From IMG/VR virus record IMGVR_UViG_3300046557_000835: a stretch of DNA of 64,000 nucleotides, one strand, 5' to 3'. Every line of letters starts with the position of its first letter. The first letter of the stretch is position 1. Below the pieces are notes generated by a model, which was given only the letters and a program-made list of their open reading frames with translations, was not told the DNA's origin and did not search any database. The position numbers and the translations under genes were made by a program. Source of the DNA: a virus (taxonomy: Duplodnaviria; Heunggongvirae; Uroviricota; Caudoviricetes). Below are positions 8,733 through 17,433 of the stretch, one piece after another.

Positions 8733-9383
8733 TCAACCTTTGTATTGCAAGTGTTTCGGGGTATCCCACAGATCTTCGGAGAACAGATCGCGGCTGTGAT
8801 CGGGGTTCGGCACTTGGCCGTTTACCATCGCCATGTCGCGTGCTTCTTCGCGGCCAATGAACCGATAGCGGTTGGTCAAGAATCCCATCTCCTGGAGGGT
8901 GCGGTCACTACCGCCGTTCTCGTGTATGAACCAGTGACAATGGTGGTGGCGGCCCGGATTCATGACAGCCCAGATTGTGCCGTCCCTGTGAAGATTTGCG
9001 ACCGCGATGATGCGTTCTTCTTTTTTCTGGCGGCGTTCGTAATACAACCCGAGATACTCTTGCTGTTCGCGGTTCAAGCGAAAAGCGCGATAACCAAACG
9101 CCATGTCAATGACTTCGAAGTTGCCATAGAACTTCAAGCAGTAGAATAACGCTTTCAGCAACCCGAGGATGCCTGGCGTGGTGACCATCAACATCAGATA
9201 CCCGCCCAGCATCCAAGGAAGGTTATCGTAGTTGACCAAATACCGATCTGTGATCGCAAAAAACAAAGGCTGGCTCGCCATTGCGATCACATTCGAAAAC
9301 AACGCGCTAATGGTCAAGTTAGCGATTGAATACTGATCTTTAAAACGGTTTTGCAGGTGATGCTTGAATGCACGGTAAAACAC
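8733..9383 (-). CDS. membrane protein with C-terminal His/Cys-rich domain (HHHCHWFIHENGG)
   Basis: Two or three N-terminal TM helices. The C-terminal domain carries a His cluster; a metal-dependent hydrolase is possible. No family was recognised. Confidence 0.5.
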   Translation of the reverse strand: MFYRAFKHHLQNRFKDQYSIANLTISALFSNVIAMASQPLFFAITDRYLVNYDNLPWMLGGYLMLMVTTPGILGLLKALFYCLKFYGNFEVIDMAFGYRAFRLNREQQEYLGLYYERRQKKEERIIAVANLHRDGTIWAVMNPGRHHHCHWFIHENGGSDRTLQEMGFLTNRYRFIGREEARDMAMVNGQVPNPDHSRDLFSEDLWDTPKHLQYKG

Positions 9384-9405
9384 ATGCGCTCCCTAGTTAT
9401 TAGAA

Positions 9406-10371
9406 TTAGAATAGAACATCTTCTTGTAAGACCCGACGCACTTCCATCCAGATCTCGCCCAACAAATTCATCCCGCGCCATTGGGCCATGTCGTAGATGC
9501 GTGGATCGTCTTTGGCAATCCCCACCCCCCAGATCACATCCTTGGCGCTGGCTTCGACTAAAATCGCATTGCCAGTCGACAGCAAATATTCACGCACCTC
9601 TTTGTGTTCGCGCGCTTTCTGTAAACACGCGAAATACACATACCGACGCCGTTTGGCAGCCCACAACTTCTCGTCATAAGGACGAACCCCGCGCCCGAGA
9701 ATTTTACACCCTTGGGGATTGGATTCAGCCAGAATCCGCCCTGCTTGCAGTTTATCGTTAAACAGCATCGCCTTACAGTACATCATGAATTGCTCAACGT
9801 GCGCGAATGTCACACCCTTGATGGTAAAACCACTAGGGTGATGATTCGACAACAAATCATGTTTACTATAAAACGGAACGATGACCACGTCCCGTGGAAT
9901 CGAAACTACCGCTTTCGGAGCCACCGGGCTGTAATCAGGTCCATTGAGTTCTCCCATGAGTTTCACTTCATGACCACGGGCTTCTAGGTCCGCCTTCATG
10001 TCGTGGATAAACAAATGACGGTGACAGAACTTACCAGGACTACAGTAACATGCCACTGCCACTTTCTCATGCTCTTGCAGTCGTTTCCAATCTGCGGGGT
10101 TCTTCTCCCGCGAATCTTTCATGCGGTGCAGGTAAATGTCCGTGTACTGGGTTTGGGAGAGTTTACCCTCCTTGTACAGCATCACGTCATTGAAGGAGGG
10201 CGCGAACGCCCTGACTCCGTCTTTTGCCGTAGTGTTAAGTAAGTGAATTCCCTGTTCCTTCAAATTACCGGCACGGTATATCTGGACTGTCCAAATAAAG
10301 TAAGTCGCCATTCTAATCTCACTTGTAAAGTCCCGAATTAATCCGGTTGGTAATCGTAGTAAGGGTAACAC
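9406..10371 (-). CDS. DUF488 (YeaO-like) - NADAR (YbiA-like) fusion protein
   Basis: The N-terminal half ends in VAVACYCSPGKFCHRHLFIHDMKADL, which is DUF488-like. The C-terminal half reads FYSKHDLLSNHHPSGFTIKGVTFAHVEQFMMYCKAMLF...NAILVEASAKDVIWGVGIA...WRGMNLLGEIWMEVR, which matches the NADAR/DUF1768 pattern. Confidence 0.7.
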   Translation of the reverse strand: MLPLLRLPTGLIRDFTSEIRMATYFIWTVQIYRAGNLKEQGIHLLNTTAKDGVRAFAPSFNDVMLYKEGKLSQTQYTDIYLHRMKDSREKNPADWKRLQEHEKVAVACYCSPGKFCHRHLFIHDMKADLEARGHEVKLMGELNGPDYSPVAPKAVVSIPRDVVIVPFYSKHDLLSNHHPSGFTIKGVTFAHVEQFMMYCKAMLFNDKLQAGRILAESNPQGCKILGRGVRPYDEKLWAAKRRRYVYFACLQKAREHKEVREYLLSTGNAILVEASAKDVIWGVGIAKDDPRIYDMAQWRGMNLLGEIWMEVRRVLQEDVLF

Positions 10372-10378
10372 CTAACGC

Positions 10379-11212
10379 CTATGCTGCTGCGTTCCGGCTA
10401 CCGTATTCGACGCCTTCAATTACAACAGGTTTTGCACGATCTGCGTTAGCAAGCGATTTCTTAGCACGTGTTTCCGGTGAATCTACTCGACCCATTCCTG
10501 CAACGCTAAGTTTTTGACGATGTTCTTCAGAAAGAGGTTTCCCGAGTTTTGCTTGACGCATAACTTCCCTAGCTTCTTCCGAAACCGAATGGGTTCTTCC
10601 TGTACTCAATATTCGAAGTTTTTCTTTCGTTTCATCCGAATGAGTACGACCATAACTTCGCGTATGCCCCAGATTGGCTTGCCTTAGCTTCTCCAAATTT
10701 TCAGGAGAAATAACCTTGTCGGTTTGTTTCCCCTTATTGGACTCGCTAATCTTGGCTATCGTTTCTTCCGAATGACGATAACCTGCCCGACCCGCTACGG
10801 CGTTCTGTTTATGCTCATCAGTTTGTTTATGACCGAGAGTATAAGTATTTCCCATCATCCGCTGTCGCGCTGCTTCAATTTGCTCAGGAGTTTGTTTTCT
10901 CCCAGCCATTGGTGCGATCGGGTCCATTGAAACGTTTAGGAGTACTTTCTCGTCCTTTAAATGGTCAAGAAAAACACCTTCTACTTTCCGAATGTCGACA
11001 TGCGATTCTAAAGGAAGAAATGTTGTTTCGAAAGCGTGCCCTTTGTTGTAAGCGTTTTGTAATGGTGGATTATGATGTTTATTATTTTCCAACATTCGCT
11101 CATGATCACGGAGACGCCTTCGTTTATTTTCAGTACTACCAACGTAGACTTTGCCAGAGTCTACGTCAGCGATAAAGTACACACCACGTTCTTTAGCAGA
11201 GTCCACGTTCAT
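10379..11212 (-). CDS. GIY-YIG homing endonuclease with C-terminal NUMOD3 repeats (freestanding HEG)
   Basis: GVYFIADVDSGKVYVGSTENKRRRLRDHERMLENNKHHNPPLQNAY is the GIY-YIG motif. Three repeats of the form HSEETIAKISESNKGK / HSDETKEKL / HSVSEEAREVMRQAKLGKPLSEEHRQKLS are NUMOD3 DNA-binding modules. Confidence 0.8.
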   Translation of the reverse strand: MNVDSAKERGVYFIADVDSGKVYVGSTENKRRRLRDHERMLENNKHHNPPLQNAYNKGHAFETTFLPLESHVDIRKVEGVFLDHLKDEKVLLNVSMDPIAPMAGRKQTPEQIEAARQRMMGNTYTLGHKQTDEHKQNAVAGRAGYRHSEETIAKISESNKGKQTDKVISPENLEKLRQANLGHTRSYGRTHSDETKEKLRILSTGRTHSVSEEAREVMRQAKLGKPLSEEHRQKLSVAGMGRVDSPETRAKKSLANADRAKPVVIEGVEYGSRNAAA

Positions 11213-11437
11213 TCATTCCTTTCGTTTAGCGTCCTTTGCCGCACGACTCACGATCAATGCTTCTTTGACCACTTCGGACGCCCTCACGTGATGTTGTCCG
11301 TAAAGGAATTCCATCCGGGTCAAACAATGTTCAGCAAGCACTCTTAATACTTCGTTGGCTTGTTCTTCGTTCATACAGCTATCCGTGGCGGCGGTCACGG
11401 CGATTCGCTTCGTAGAAAGGTTTGTTGTGCTGTTCAC
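11213..11437 (-). CDS. small hypothetical protein (53-74 aa, start uncertain)
   Basis: ORF directly downstream of the following gene. An internal ATG at 11374 would remove the 59-nt overlap. Confidence 0.35.
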   Translation of the reverse strand: MNSTTNLSTKRIAVTAATDSCMNEEQANEVLRVLAEHCLTRMEFLYGQHHVRASEVVKEALIVSRAAKDAKRKE

Positions 11438-12074
11438 GAGTCACCTGGTTGACGTGCCGGGTGATCTTTTCCTGGCACAGCACACAGTACTTACGGCTAC
11501 GTTTCCCGAAGAAGGGTTGCATGCACTTACCGCACGGATGCAATGTGGTGCCTTTCTTACCACGGTCTTCTTTCCAATCGTGACGGTCCGAGATCCGGAT
11601 GAGTTCATCAACTGCCGCTTCTGCCGCATGAGCTTTGGCATTTTCGATCAGATTGTCACCCAAATGTTCGGATTCCAAATCTCTTGGTCTTTCAATGATG
11701 GACGTGGCTGGACCATTTTGCTGTAACTCGGCTTTGGCTTTCTCACCGGCCTCCGCATGTTCCGGCGTGAACTGGACGTCGACGTTGTGGTTGAACTTCG
11801 TCAGATCCCAGTTCGACTTATTGCAGCAGGTCGGGCATTCAAACCCATCCGACACGCGCCGGACACGCTGCATCGGAACACAGGGTCCGCAATACGGCAC
11901 ATAATCAGGATCGCTGATTTTTTCCGTCATGAACTCGTCACCTTGTACGATCACACCTTTCGGATGGGGATCGCCGATGGGTTCGGGAGTGCGATGCCTG
12001 GCCGCTGCTTCACGAGCCATCTGCTCCATAAAAATGCGGTCACGGAGGCTGTACTGTGCTGTTATGTTGTTCAT
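11379..12074 (-). CDS. hypothetical Cys-rich protein (zinc-finger-like CxxC pairs)
   Basis: 231 aa with CGPCVP, CPTCC and CGKC...CVLC. It begins ATGAACAAC. Confidence 0.5.
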   Translation of the reverse strand: MNNITAQYSLRDRIFMEQMAREAAARHRTPEPIGDPHPKGVIVQGDEFMTEKISDPDYVPYCGPCVPMQRVRRVSDGFECPTCCNKSNWDLTKFNHNVDVQFTPEHAEAGEKAKAELQQNGPATSIIERPRDLESEHLGDNLIENAKAHAAEAAVDELIRISDRHDWKEDRGKKGTTLHPCGKCMQPFFGKRSRKYCVLCQEKITRHVNQVTREQHNKPFYEANRRDRRHG

Positions 12075-12237
12075 TATTTATCCCGTGGATAATATTTCTT
12101 CTTCGATCGCGGCGGCGTGGTGCCAGCCGTTTTGCCATTCTTGCGATTGCGAAGGGTCAAGTTCTTCACGACGCGCGTAGGCGTCAAAACCGTTTTCAAA
12201 TGCTGTTGACATGTTCTTTTGTAAGTCATACGACCCT

Positions 12238-12262
12238 CCACGCCCGCAAGCGTGGAGAGCAT
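12238..12262 (-). terminator. hairpin TCTCCACGC / GCGTGGAGAG followed by TCGTATGACTTAC
   Basis: It lies in a 194-nt non-coding gap. The 12074..12262 ORF across it is Lys/Arg/Thr junk. Confidence 0.3.
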
Positions 12263-12268
12263 GGTGGA

Positions 12269-12862
12269 TTACTGGGTAACGGCTTCCTGCTGGTTCAGGG
12301 ATTGCGCGAACTCGTTCATGTTGGGGAAGTAGTCCATGGTCGGCTGAGCCAGGTAATGGCTTTCACCGTCCTTGAAGTACATGCTGAGGGTCTGGCCTTC
12401 GACTTCGGCGTACACAGCTTCGCGAGCCACTTGTGCGACGAATTCGCGCAGCGAGAAGTACGACGCGACAGTTTCGCGCGGAGCGACGTTTTTGCCTACC
12501 GAGAAGCCGTAGTCGTAGACCTTGATGATGTCTGCCGGGTTGTTCAGCACAATCCGGTTTTCACGGGACATCTCGATGGGTTCCGACATGTACATGAAGG
12601 TTACCTGGGCGTGGTCGGAACGGTAGAGCTGGTTGCGGCGCAGCGCCTTCCCGTCGCGGGTGCGGGCGACCAGGTAGTAGTCGAAGGACAGGCTCGGATT
12701 GCTACTGCCGGCCATGGCCCAGGAACGCAGCAGTTCATCCAGGTTGCAGATGAGCTTGCTACGCGTGCCGGCGAACTGGCGGTGCACCAGTTCCATTTCA
12801 CGGGTGTCAAACCCGAAATTACCTAGGGTGATGTCGACGTTGCTGGAGAGAGTCTTGTTCAT
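12269..12862 (-). CDS. hypothetical protein (197 aa)
   Basis: Clean ORF with AAAGGAAAC RBS and an upstream TAATTAACAAC motif. Confidence 0.6.
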   Translation of the reverse strand: MNKTLSSNVDITLGNFGFDTREMELVHRQFAGTRSKLICNLDELLRSWAMAGSSNPSLSFDYYLVARTRDGKALRRNQLYRSDHAQVTFMYMSEPIEMSRENRIVLNNPADIIKVYDYGFSVGKNVAPRETVASYFSLREFVAQVAREAVYAEVEGQTLSMYFKDGESHYLAQPTMDYFPNMNEFAQSLNQQEAVTQ

Positions 12863-12874
12863 GCTGGTTTCCTT

Positions 12875-12886
12875 TGTTGTTAATTA
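12875..12886 (-). promoter_or_regulatory. conserved upstream motif TAATTAACAAC (minus-strand reading)
   Basis: Member of the recurrent 12-mer family found 11-19 nt upstream of start codons. Confidence 0.35.
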
Positions 12887-12941
12887 GTCGGAAGGTCTAG
12901 GTGTTGACCTCCCATTAATACTGAAGGTGAATGAAAATTAA

Positions 12942-13376
12942 TTACGCCTGCAGCGCAGCAATTTTGCATTCGGCGATAAGTCCGAAATACTTCCTGTAAT
13001 TGAAGTGTTCTGCCAGGATATTTTCGTAAGATGACAAATCGCTGTAGTTGTTCGACGCCACGACAAGATCGTTGTCGAGTAACAGGTGGAAGGCCGGCCA
13101 CTTGCTATCGGCGTAGCGGTCCCTGAAGGCTTGCTTGTGGCCGATATTGATCTCGGCTTTGAACTCTTTACAGAACAGCCGGTGGATGGCGTACATCCGG
13201 TAAAACTGGTGCCAACGGTACAGGAATGGCAACGGCAGCCCGATAGCGAACGCGACTGCCAGAATGGCGCCATAAGTGTTTCTGGGGTCAACGACGCAGA
13301 GCAGCACGACGATGATAATGTTCCAGACTACGGTGGACCACAGGGCTTGGACGAGCGACCATTTCAAACGCAACAT
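12942..13376 (-). CDS. membrane protein (144 aa, N-terminal TM helices)
   Basis: ORF with a hydrophobic N-terminus. Confidence 0.5.
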   Translation of the reverse strand: MLRLKWSLVQALWSTVVWNIIIVVLLCVVDPRNTYGAILAVAFAIGLPLPFLYRWHQFYRMYAIHRLFCKEFKAEINIGHKQAFRDRYADSKWPAFHLLLDNDLVVASNNYSDLSSYENILAEHFNYRKYFGLIAECKIAALQA

Positions 13377-13403
13377 TCTACAACTCCTCTATTCAGATAA
13401 GTC

Positions 13404-13655
13404 TTATTGATTTTTGTTGACGAAATTCTTGAGAAACGTCGGTACTTCTTTCACTTTCTGGGTGGGGATGGAACGGGCCTTATGGCTTTTGGTTTGCACT
13501 GCAGCCCGTTGGCGTTTGGTTTCCGCTTGCTCTTGCAAACGTTGTTGCTCTGCGAGACGGCAGCGTTCAAAGTTCAAACGCTCCATTTCATGGCGCCGAC
13601 GACCAGCGAAATCGAACTCACGATCAAAGTTAAAATGGTAACCTAAAAGACCCAT
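13404..13655 (-). CDS. small basic hypothetical protein (84 aa)
   Basis: The start is taken at the internal ATG at 13655, which has GGAGAA 6 nt upstream. The longer track ORF would overlap the lipoprotein gene. Confidence 0.4.
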   Translation of the reverse strand: MGLLGYHFNFDREFDFAGRRRHEMERLNFERCRLAEQQRLQEQAETKRQRAAVQTKSHKARSIPTQKVKEVPTFLKNFVNKNQ

Positions 13656-13728
13656 CACTATTCTCCTTGTAAAGCGCATGCCCTTGACCCCATATGGAGT
13701 CAAGGTATATGCTTCACGATAAAAGTTT

Positions 13729-14451
13729 TTATTTCTTACCCGAGGGCGCTTTGTAACTGTAGCTGATTGCGGCCGGCGCTTTGTAGCTCGGTGCGGCCGG
13801 TTTCGGCGCAGGCAGCGCCAACGGCTTCGGTGGCGCGGGCAGGGCAGCGGGCTGCTTGTATGCGACCTGTGCATAGTTCGCCGGCTTGTAGTTCTGGGTC
13901 GAACCCGTGGCAGCCGGCAGGGTCAGGGGTTTGGCAGCCGTCAGCGCAGCCGGAGTCATGCTCGGCACGGGCGAGGCGGTACCCGCAGCAGCGTAGTTCG
14001 GTTTCGCAGTCGGCACGTCTTTGGCTAGGCTCACAGCAGCCGGGGCTGGCGACAGCGGGACCGGGGTCGGAGTCGGAACAGCGGCGGTAGCTGCCGGCGG
14101 CACGTCTTTCGTCGAGCCGTTGTTGTTGACGGTTTTGCTGCGGTCGATATTGGTGACGTTGGTCACGTGTGTCACGTTTTGCTGGACGGCGGTGGTTTGC
14201 TGGGGGGCATAGCCGGGTTGGGCGTAGCCGCGGTCACGGTCGGACAGGGCCATTGCAGCGACGGCGCCGAGGGCGGCACCAGCCACCATGGCGGAGCCGC
14301 TGTTGTCGGATTGCTGCACGACGACCGGGGCTTGGGCAGGGGTCTGTTGGACGACGACCGGCGGTTGCTGGTATTGTTGCGGATAGGGTTGGTTGTGGTC
14401 GCTGCATGCGGTCAGCGCAATCAGGGACACGATGGTAATGAACTTTTTCAT
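13729..14451 (-). CDS. lipoprotein, Pro/Ala/Gln-rich, with glycine-zipper segment
   Basis: The start is taken at MKKFITIVSLIALTACS, a signal peptide with lipobox LTAC. It is preceded by an AAGGAAAG RBS and the TAATCAACAAG motif. The segment SGSAMVAGAALGAVAAMAL is glycine-zipper-like and is followed by a long PAxP-rich tail. Confidence 0.6.
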   Translation of the reverse strand: MKKFITIVSLIALTACSDHNQPYPQQYQQPPVVVQQTPAQAPVVVQQSDNSGSAMVAGAALGAVAAMALSDRDRGYAQPGYAPQQTTAVQQNVTHVTNVTNIDRSKTVNNNGSTKDVPPAATAAVPTPTPVPLSPAPAAVSLAKDVPTAKPNYAAAGTASPVPSMTPAALTAAKPLTLPAATGSTQNYKPANYAQVAYKQPAALPAPPKPLALPAPKPAAPSYKAPAAISYSYKAPSGKK

Positions 14452-14460
14452 GAAGCTTTC

Positions 14461-14472
14461 CTTGTTGATTAT
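14461..14472 (-). promoter_or_regulatory. conserved upstream motif ATAATCAACAAG
   Basis: Member of the 12-mer family, upstream of the lipoprotein gene. Confidence 0.35.
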
Positions 14473-14520
14473 AATGGTGGCATAAAGACCCTGACCCTTG
14501 TGGGGCCAGGGCTTCATGTA

Positions 14521-16071
14521 TTACGCTACTACAGCTTCTGCATCGTGCGCCACTTTTTCGGCAGCGAGGCGAGCGGTTGCTTTATCGATAGCGCCCTTTT
14601 GTGCCCAAGCACGGACGTCATCGAACGACTGACGGTAATCGCGGTAACCCTTATCGAGCCAACGACGATGACCAGGTCCCGGCACGAACATCTCGTAGAG
14701 GCTGTTCGATACCAGTGCATCGAAGGTTTCGAGTTCACCGTTTTCGTTTTCACGATTGCGGATCAGACCCGACAGCGACTTCTTACCCAGGTCCGACTTG
14801 GGCTCCTTCAGCACACGTTTCCACGTTTCGCCACGCATGGCAATGGTTTTCATGCTGAAGCTTGCCTTGTCACGGGAACCTTCGTTGGTGATGCCGGCAC
14901 CCATGCCGAGCAGGAAGTTGTTGGTAGTGAATTTGTGATCCACCACCGCTGCCCGCACGACAGGTTCGAAAGTGTGAACGTTCATGCCGTCACCATACAA
15001 CGCGCCGATGCACCATGGCAGGTTCTGGTAACCGAGTTCGTTCGCAACCGTGCCGAAGATGTCCTTCAGCCAGTTGAGCACTTGTGGCAACTTCTTCGCG
15101 GGGATACCCGAATCCGGACGGATGACCAAGCGGCCACCCGAGTTTTCGATTTCCACCTTGAAGCCAGCGACGTACACCGTGATGAACCGTTCGTCATCGT
15201 AGGTATCCGGCACAGTCGAGATGATGGGGATACCGATGCCGCGCTTGCTGCGTTCGACCACAGCTTTGAGGCGCCGCATCACCATCTGCATGCCGCCGAA
15301 GTCGTCACGCGTTGCCGCGTCCGAGTTCAGGCAGACCGTCGTGTGTTCCGTGGCCTCCACCGACGAGGTGAAGGGTTTGGACGTGTTGTACAGCTTCTTG
15401 ATGTAGCCGTTGGCACGCCCGCAGTCACTGCCCAGGAACAGCATCGCGTGAGCAATGCCTTTGAGGACGGGGGTTTCATCCGGACTATCCGCACCACGGT
15501 CACCGAAGTTGTGGATCAGATATTCCAGCAGTTTGATGTCACCGCCGGACAGCAGTACGTAGTACGCCATCACGGTGAACATGTAACGGCAGATGGTGGC
15601 CGTGTAAGTCATCGACCAGGACACCGACTGGATCACCGGCTCGAAGTACGGAACCAACCATGCGGTGTGGTCGTCGTCTTCGTTGGTCACCAGCAGAATC
15701 GGTGTTTGGGGTTTAACCACACGACCTTCTTCAACCCCGAACATGGTCAGCGGAATCCGGCCACCGTAGGTACGGAGGATGTATTCCCAACCAGCGCGAT
15801 TGAAGGTGTAGCCCTGCTCGGTAATTTCGACTTCCGCTTCGTCGATCATCCATTGTTCGAGACGCGCCGTGGCGAACACGTGGGCGATGAACGTTTGTCC
15901 AGCGGCCACCAGGTCGTCCGTCATGAACGTACCATCCTCGAAAGTGATGGCTTTGCGCGGAACCACAGCTGACACCAACTGCTTCACCGCAAACGGAATT
16001 TCTTCCCAGTGCGAGAATTTGTAGGTGTCTGCCCAAAGGATGATGTTGAAGGGTTTAATCAGTTCTAACAT
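14521..16071 (-). CDS. nadV: nicotinamide phosphoribosyltransferase (Nampt/NadV)
   Basis: 516 aa. The N-terminus ILWADTYKFSHW and overall Nampt-like architecture fit NadV. It lies directly upstream of the NMNAT-Nudix gene, as in the KVP40-type phage NAD salvage pair. Confidence 0.85.
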   Translation of the reverse strand: MLELIKPFNIILWADTYKFSHWEEIPFAVKQLVSAVVPRKAITFEDGTFMTDDLVAAGQTFIAHVFATARLEQWMIDEAEVEITEQGYTFNRAGWEYILRTYGGRIPLTMFGVEEGRVVKPQTPILLVTNEDDDHTAWLVPYFEPVIQSVSWSMTYTATICRYMFTVMAYYVLLSGGDIKLLEYLIHNFGDRGADSPDETPVLKGIAHAMLFLGSDCGRANGYIKKLYNTSKPFTSSVEATEHTTVCLNSDAATRDDFGGMQMVMRRLKAVVERSKRGIGIPIISTVPDTYDDERFITVYVAGFKVEIENSGGRLVIRPDSGIPAKKLPQVLNWLKDIFGTVANELGYQNLPWCIGALYGDGMNVHTFEPVVRAAVVDHKFTTNNFLLGMGAGITNEGSRDKASFSMKTIAMRGETWKRVLKEPKSDLGKKSLSGLIRNRENENGELETFDALVSNSLYEMFVPGPGHRRWLDKGYRDYRQSFDDVRAWAQKGAIDKATARLAAEKVAHDAEAVVA

Positions 16072-16139
16072 AATTGGCTCCCAATTATTTACTGCACCGG
16101 TAAGGGACCGGCCACCCTCATGGCTTCTGCCACTATTCT

Positions 16140-17267
16140 TTACGCCGTGAAATAATCCACGATGTCGTTGTGGTCATCCCACATCTGGACCTTGCCGCTG
16201 ATGATGTCATACTTGGGAATCCAGCGGATACCGCCATTCGGCAGCGTCGGATGCTTGGCATCGTCACCGCCACGGGCGCGCGGGAATTCCCCTTTCCACA
16301 GCTCGATCTTGATGTGCACGCCGAGCGTCGATTTGGGAACCGAGCTCAGCGTCCGACCAGGATGGTCGAACAGGAACGTGTTTTGCACGCAATTACGGAT
16401 GGTCTGCTCTGGTGTGCGCAAGTTGGTCTCTTCGAACAGTTCACGAATCGCCGCGTTGAACGCCGTTTCGTTTTTGTTTTTGTGACCGCCCGGCAGAGCG
16501 ATTTGCCCGTAACCGAGTTCACCCGACCGGGTCACGGTCAGGATGTGGTTCGCGCATTCCACGATGGCGTCACCGCACATCACGTTCAGAGCTTCGGGAT
16601 ACGGATAGTCCTTGAACTTTTCCGGTTCCTTGACCGTGAGATAATGCCAGTCATCCTGCAACGGTTTGTTGAACTTGTGACCATCACGCAGATAGCGGTA
16701 CATCTCCGGGACCAGATGGTCTTGGAGACCCAGGCCGGCAGGCGCCGTCTGGCAGTTCTGGAACCACACTTCCCGCAACCTGGTGGCATCGATGTCTTCG
16801 ACCTTCTCCACTTTCTTGACGTTCCATTGCGGGAACGAATTCATGTAGTAGGTCGATTCATCCTTGTCCGTACCGTACAACGTGATGCGGTCAGGATGGA
16901 TGCCATGCCGGTCCGCGTAGTGCTCGCCATTCGCGTACACCCGCATCTTCCAACGGTCCTCGTTGTAAAGGGTATCGTTGACAGACATGATCCGCCACTG
17001 CCCATCCGGTTTGATCCGTCGAAGCACTTCGGCCATGATCATGGCCCGGATCGCGAACTGGTGCGGGTTTTTCTTGGACTCGCAGCGATTCGCTGAACCG
17101 ATGATGACGAGGATGTAATCATTCTCGGCAGCCATGATTTGCAGGGTACGCTCGTGTTGACGGTGGATGAACGAGAAACGACCGATCATCACACCCAAGC
17201 GGGGATTCTTACCAAGTACAGCAGGTGCTACGTTTTGCATTTTTCGACTCCCGAAAAATAAGCGCAT
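16140..17267 (-). CDS. natV: bifunctional NMN adenylyltransferase / Nudix hydrolase (NatV / NadM-Nudix-like)
   Basis: The N-terminal nucleotidyltransferase motif reads GVMIGRFSFIHRQH (HxGH-like). The Nudix box reads GGHKNKNETAFNAAIRELFEETNL. Confidence 0.8.
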   Translation of the reverse strand: MRLFFGSRKMQNVAPAVLGKNPRLGVMIGRFSFIHRQHERTLQIMAAENDYILVIIGSANRCESKKNPHQFAIRAMIMAEVLRRIKPDGQWRIMSVNDTLYNEDRWKMRVYANGEHYADRHGIHPDRITLYGTDKDESTYYMNSFPQWNVKKVEKVEDIDATRLREVWFQNCQTAPAGLGLQDHLVPEMYRYLRDGHKFNKPLQDDWHYLTVKEPEKFKDYPYPEALNVMCGDAIVECANHILTVTRSGELGYGQIALPGGHKNKNETAFNAAIRELFEETNLRTPEQTIRNCVQNTFLFDHPGRTLSSVPKSTLGVHIKIELWKGEFPRARGGDDAKHPTLPNGGIRWIPKYDIISGKVQMWDDHNDIVDYFTA

Positions 17268-17374
17268 CTTTTACTGTTGCAGGGCGTCGCGATTCCCTTA
17301 CTACTCAAAACATCCTGTTGCCCAATAAAAATTTCCTGCTGTGCAACATTTACACTCTGTAGTGTGATATAGCC

Positions 17375-17425
17375 GCAAAAAACAATAGAACAGCATAGCT
17401 CCCGCTACCACTTGGGTAGCGGGAG
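17375..17425 (-). terminator. CCCGCTACC-family hairpin followed by CTATGCTGT, then a U-run
   Basis: Stem CTCCCGCTACC / GGTAGCGGGAG with loop ACTTGG. It lies immediately after the SPFH gene stop. On the minus strand it is followed by CTATGCTGTTCTATTGTTTTTT. Confidence 0.5.
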
Positions 17426-17433
17426 TATGACGC

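Noticed and set aside
12074-12262. 62-aa minus ORF
   Set aside because: Lys/Arg/Thr-rich junk translation across a hairpin-containing intergenic gap.
14167-15972. 601-aa plus-strand ORF
   Set aside because: Antisense shadow of the nadV gene. It is a GC-rich, Arg/Val/Asp/His-rich translation with no RBS logic. The real gene on the minus strand has clear Nampt homology.
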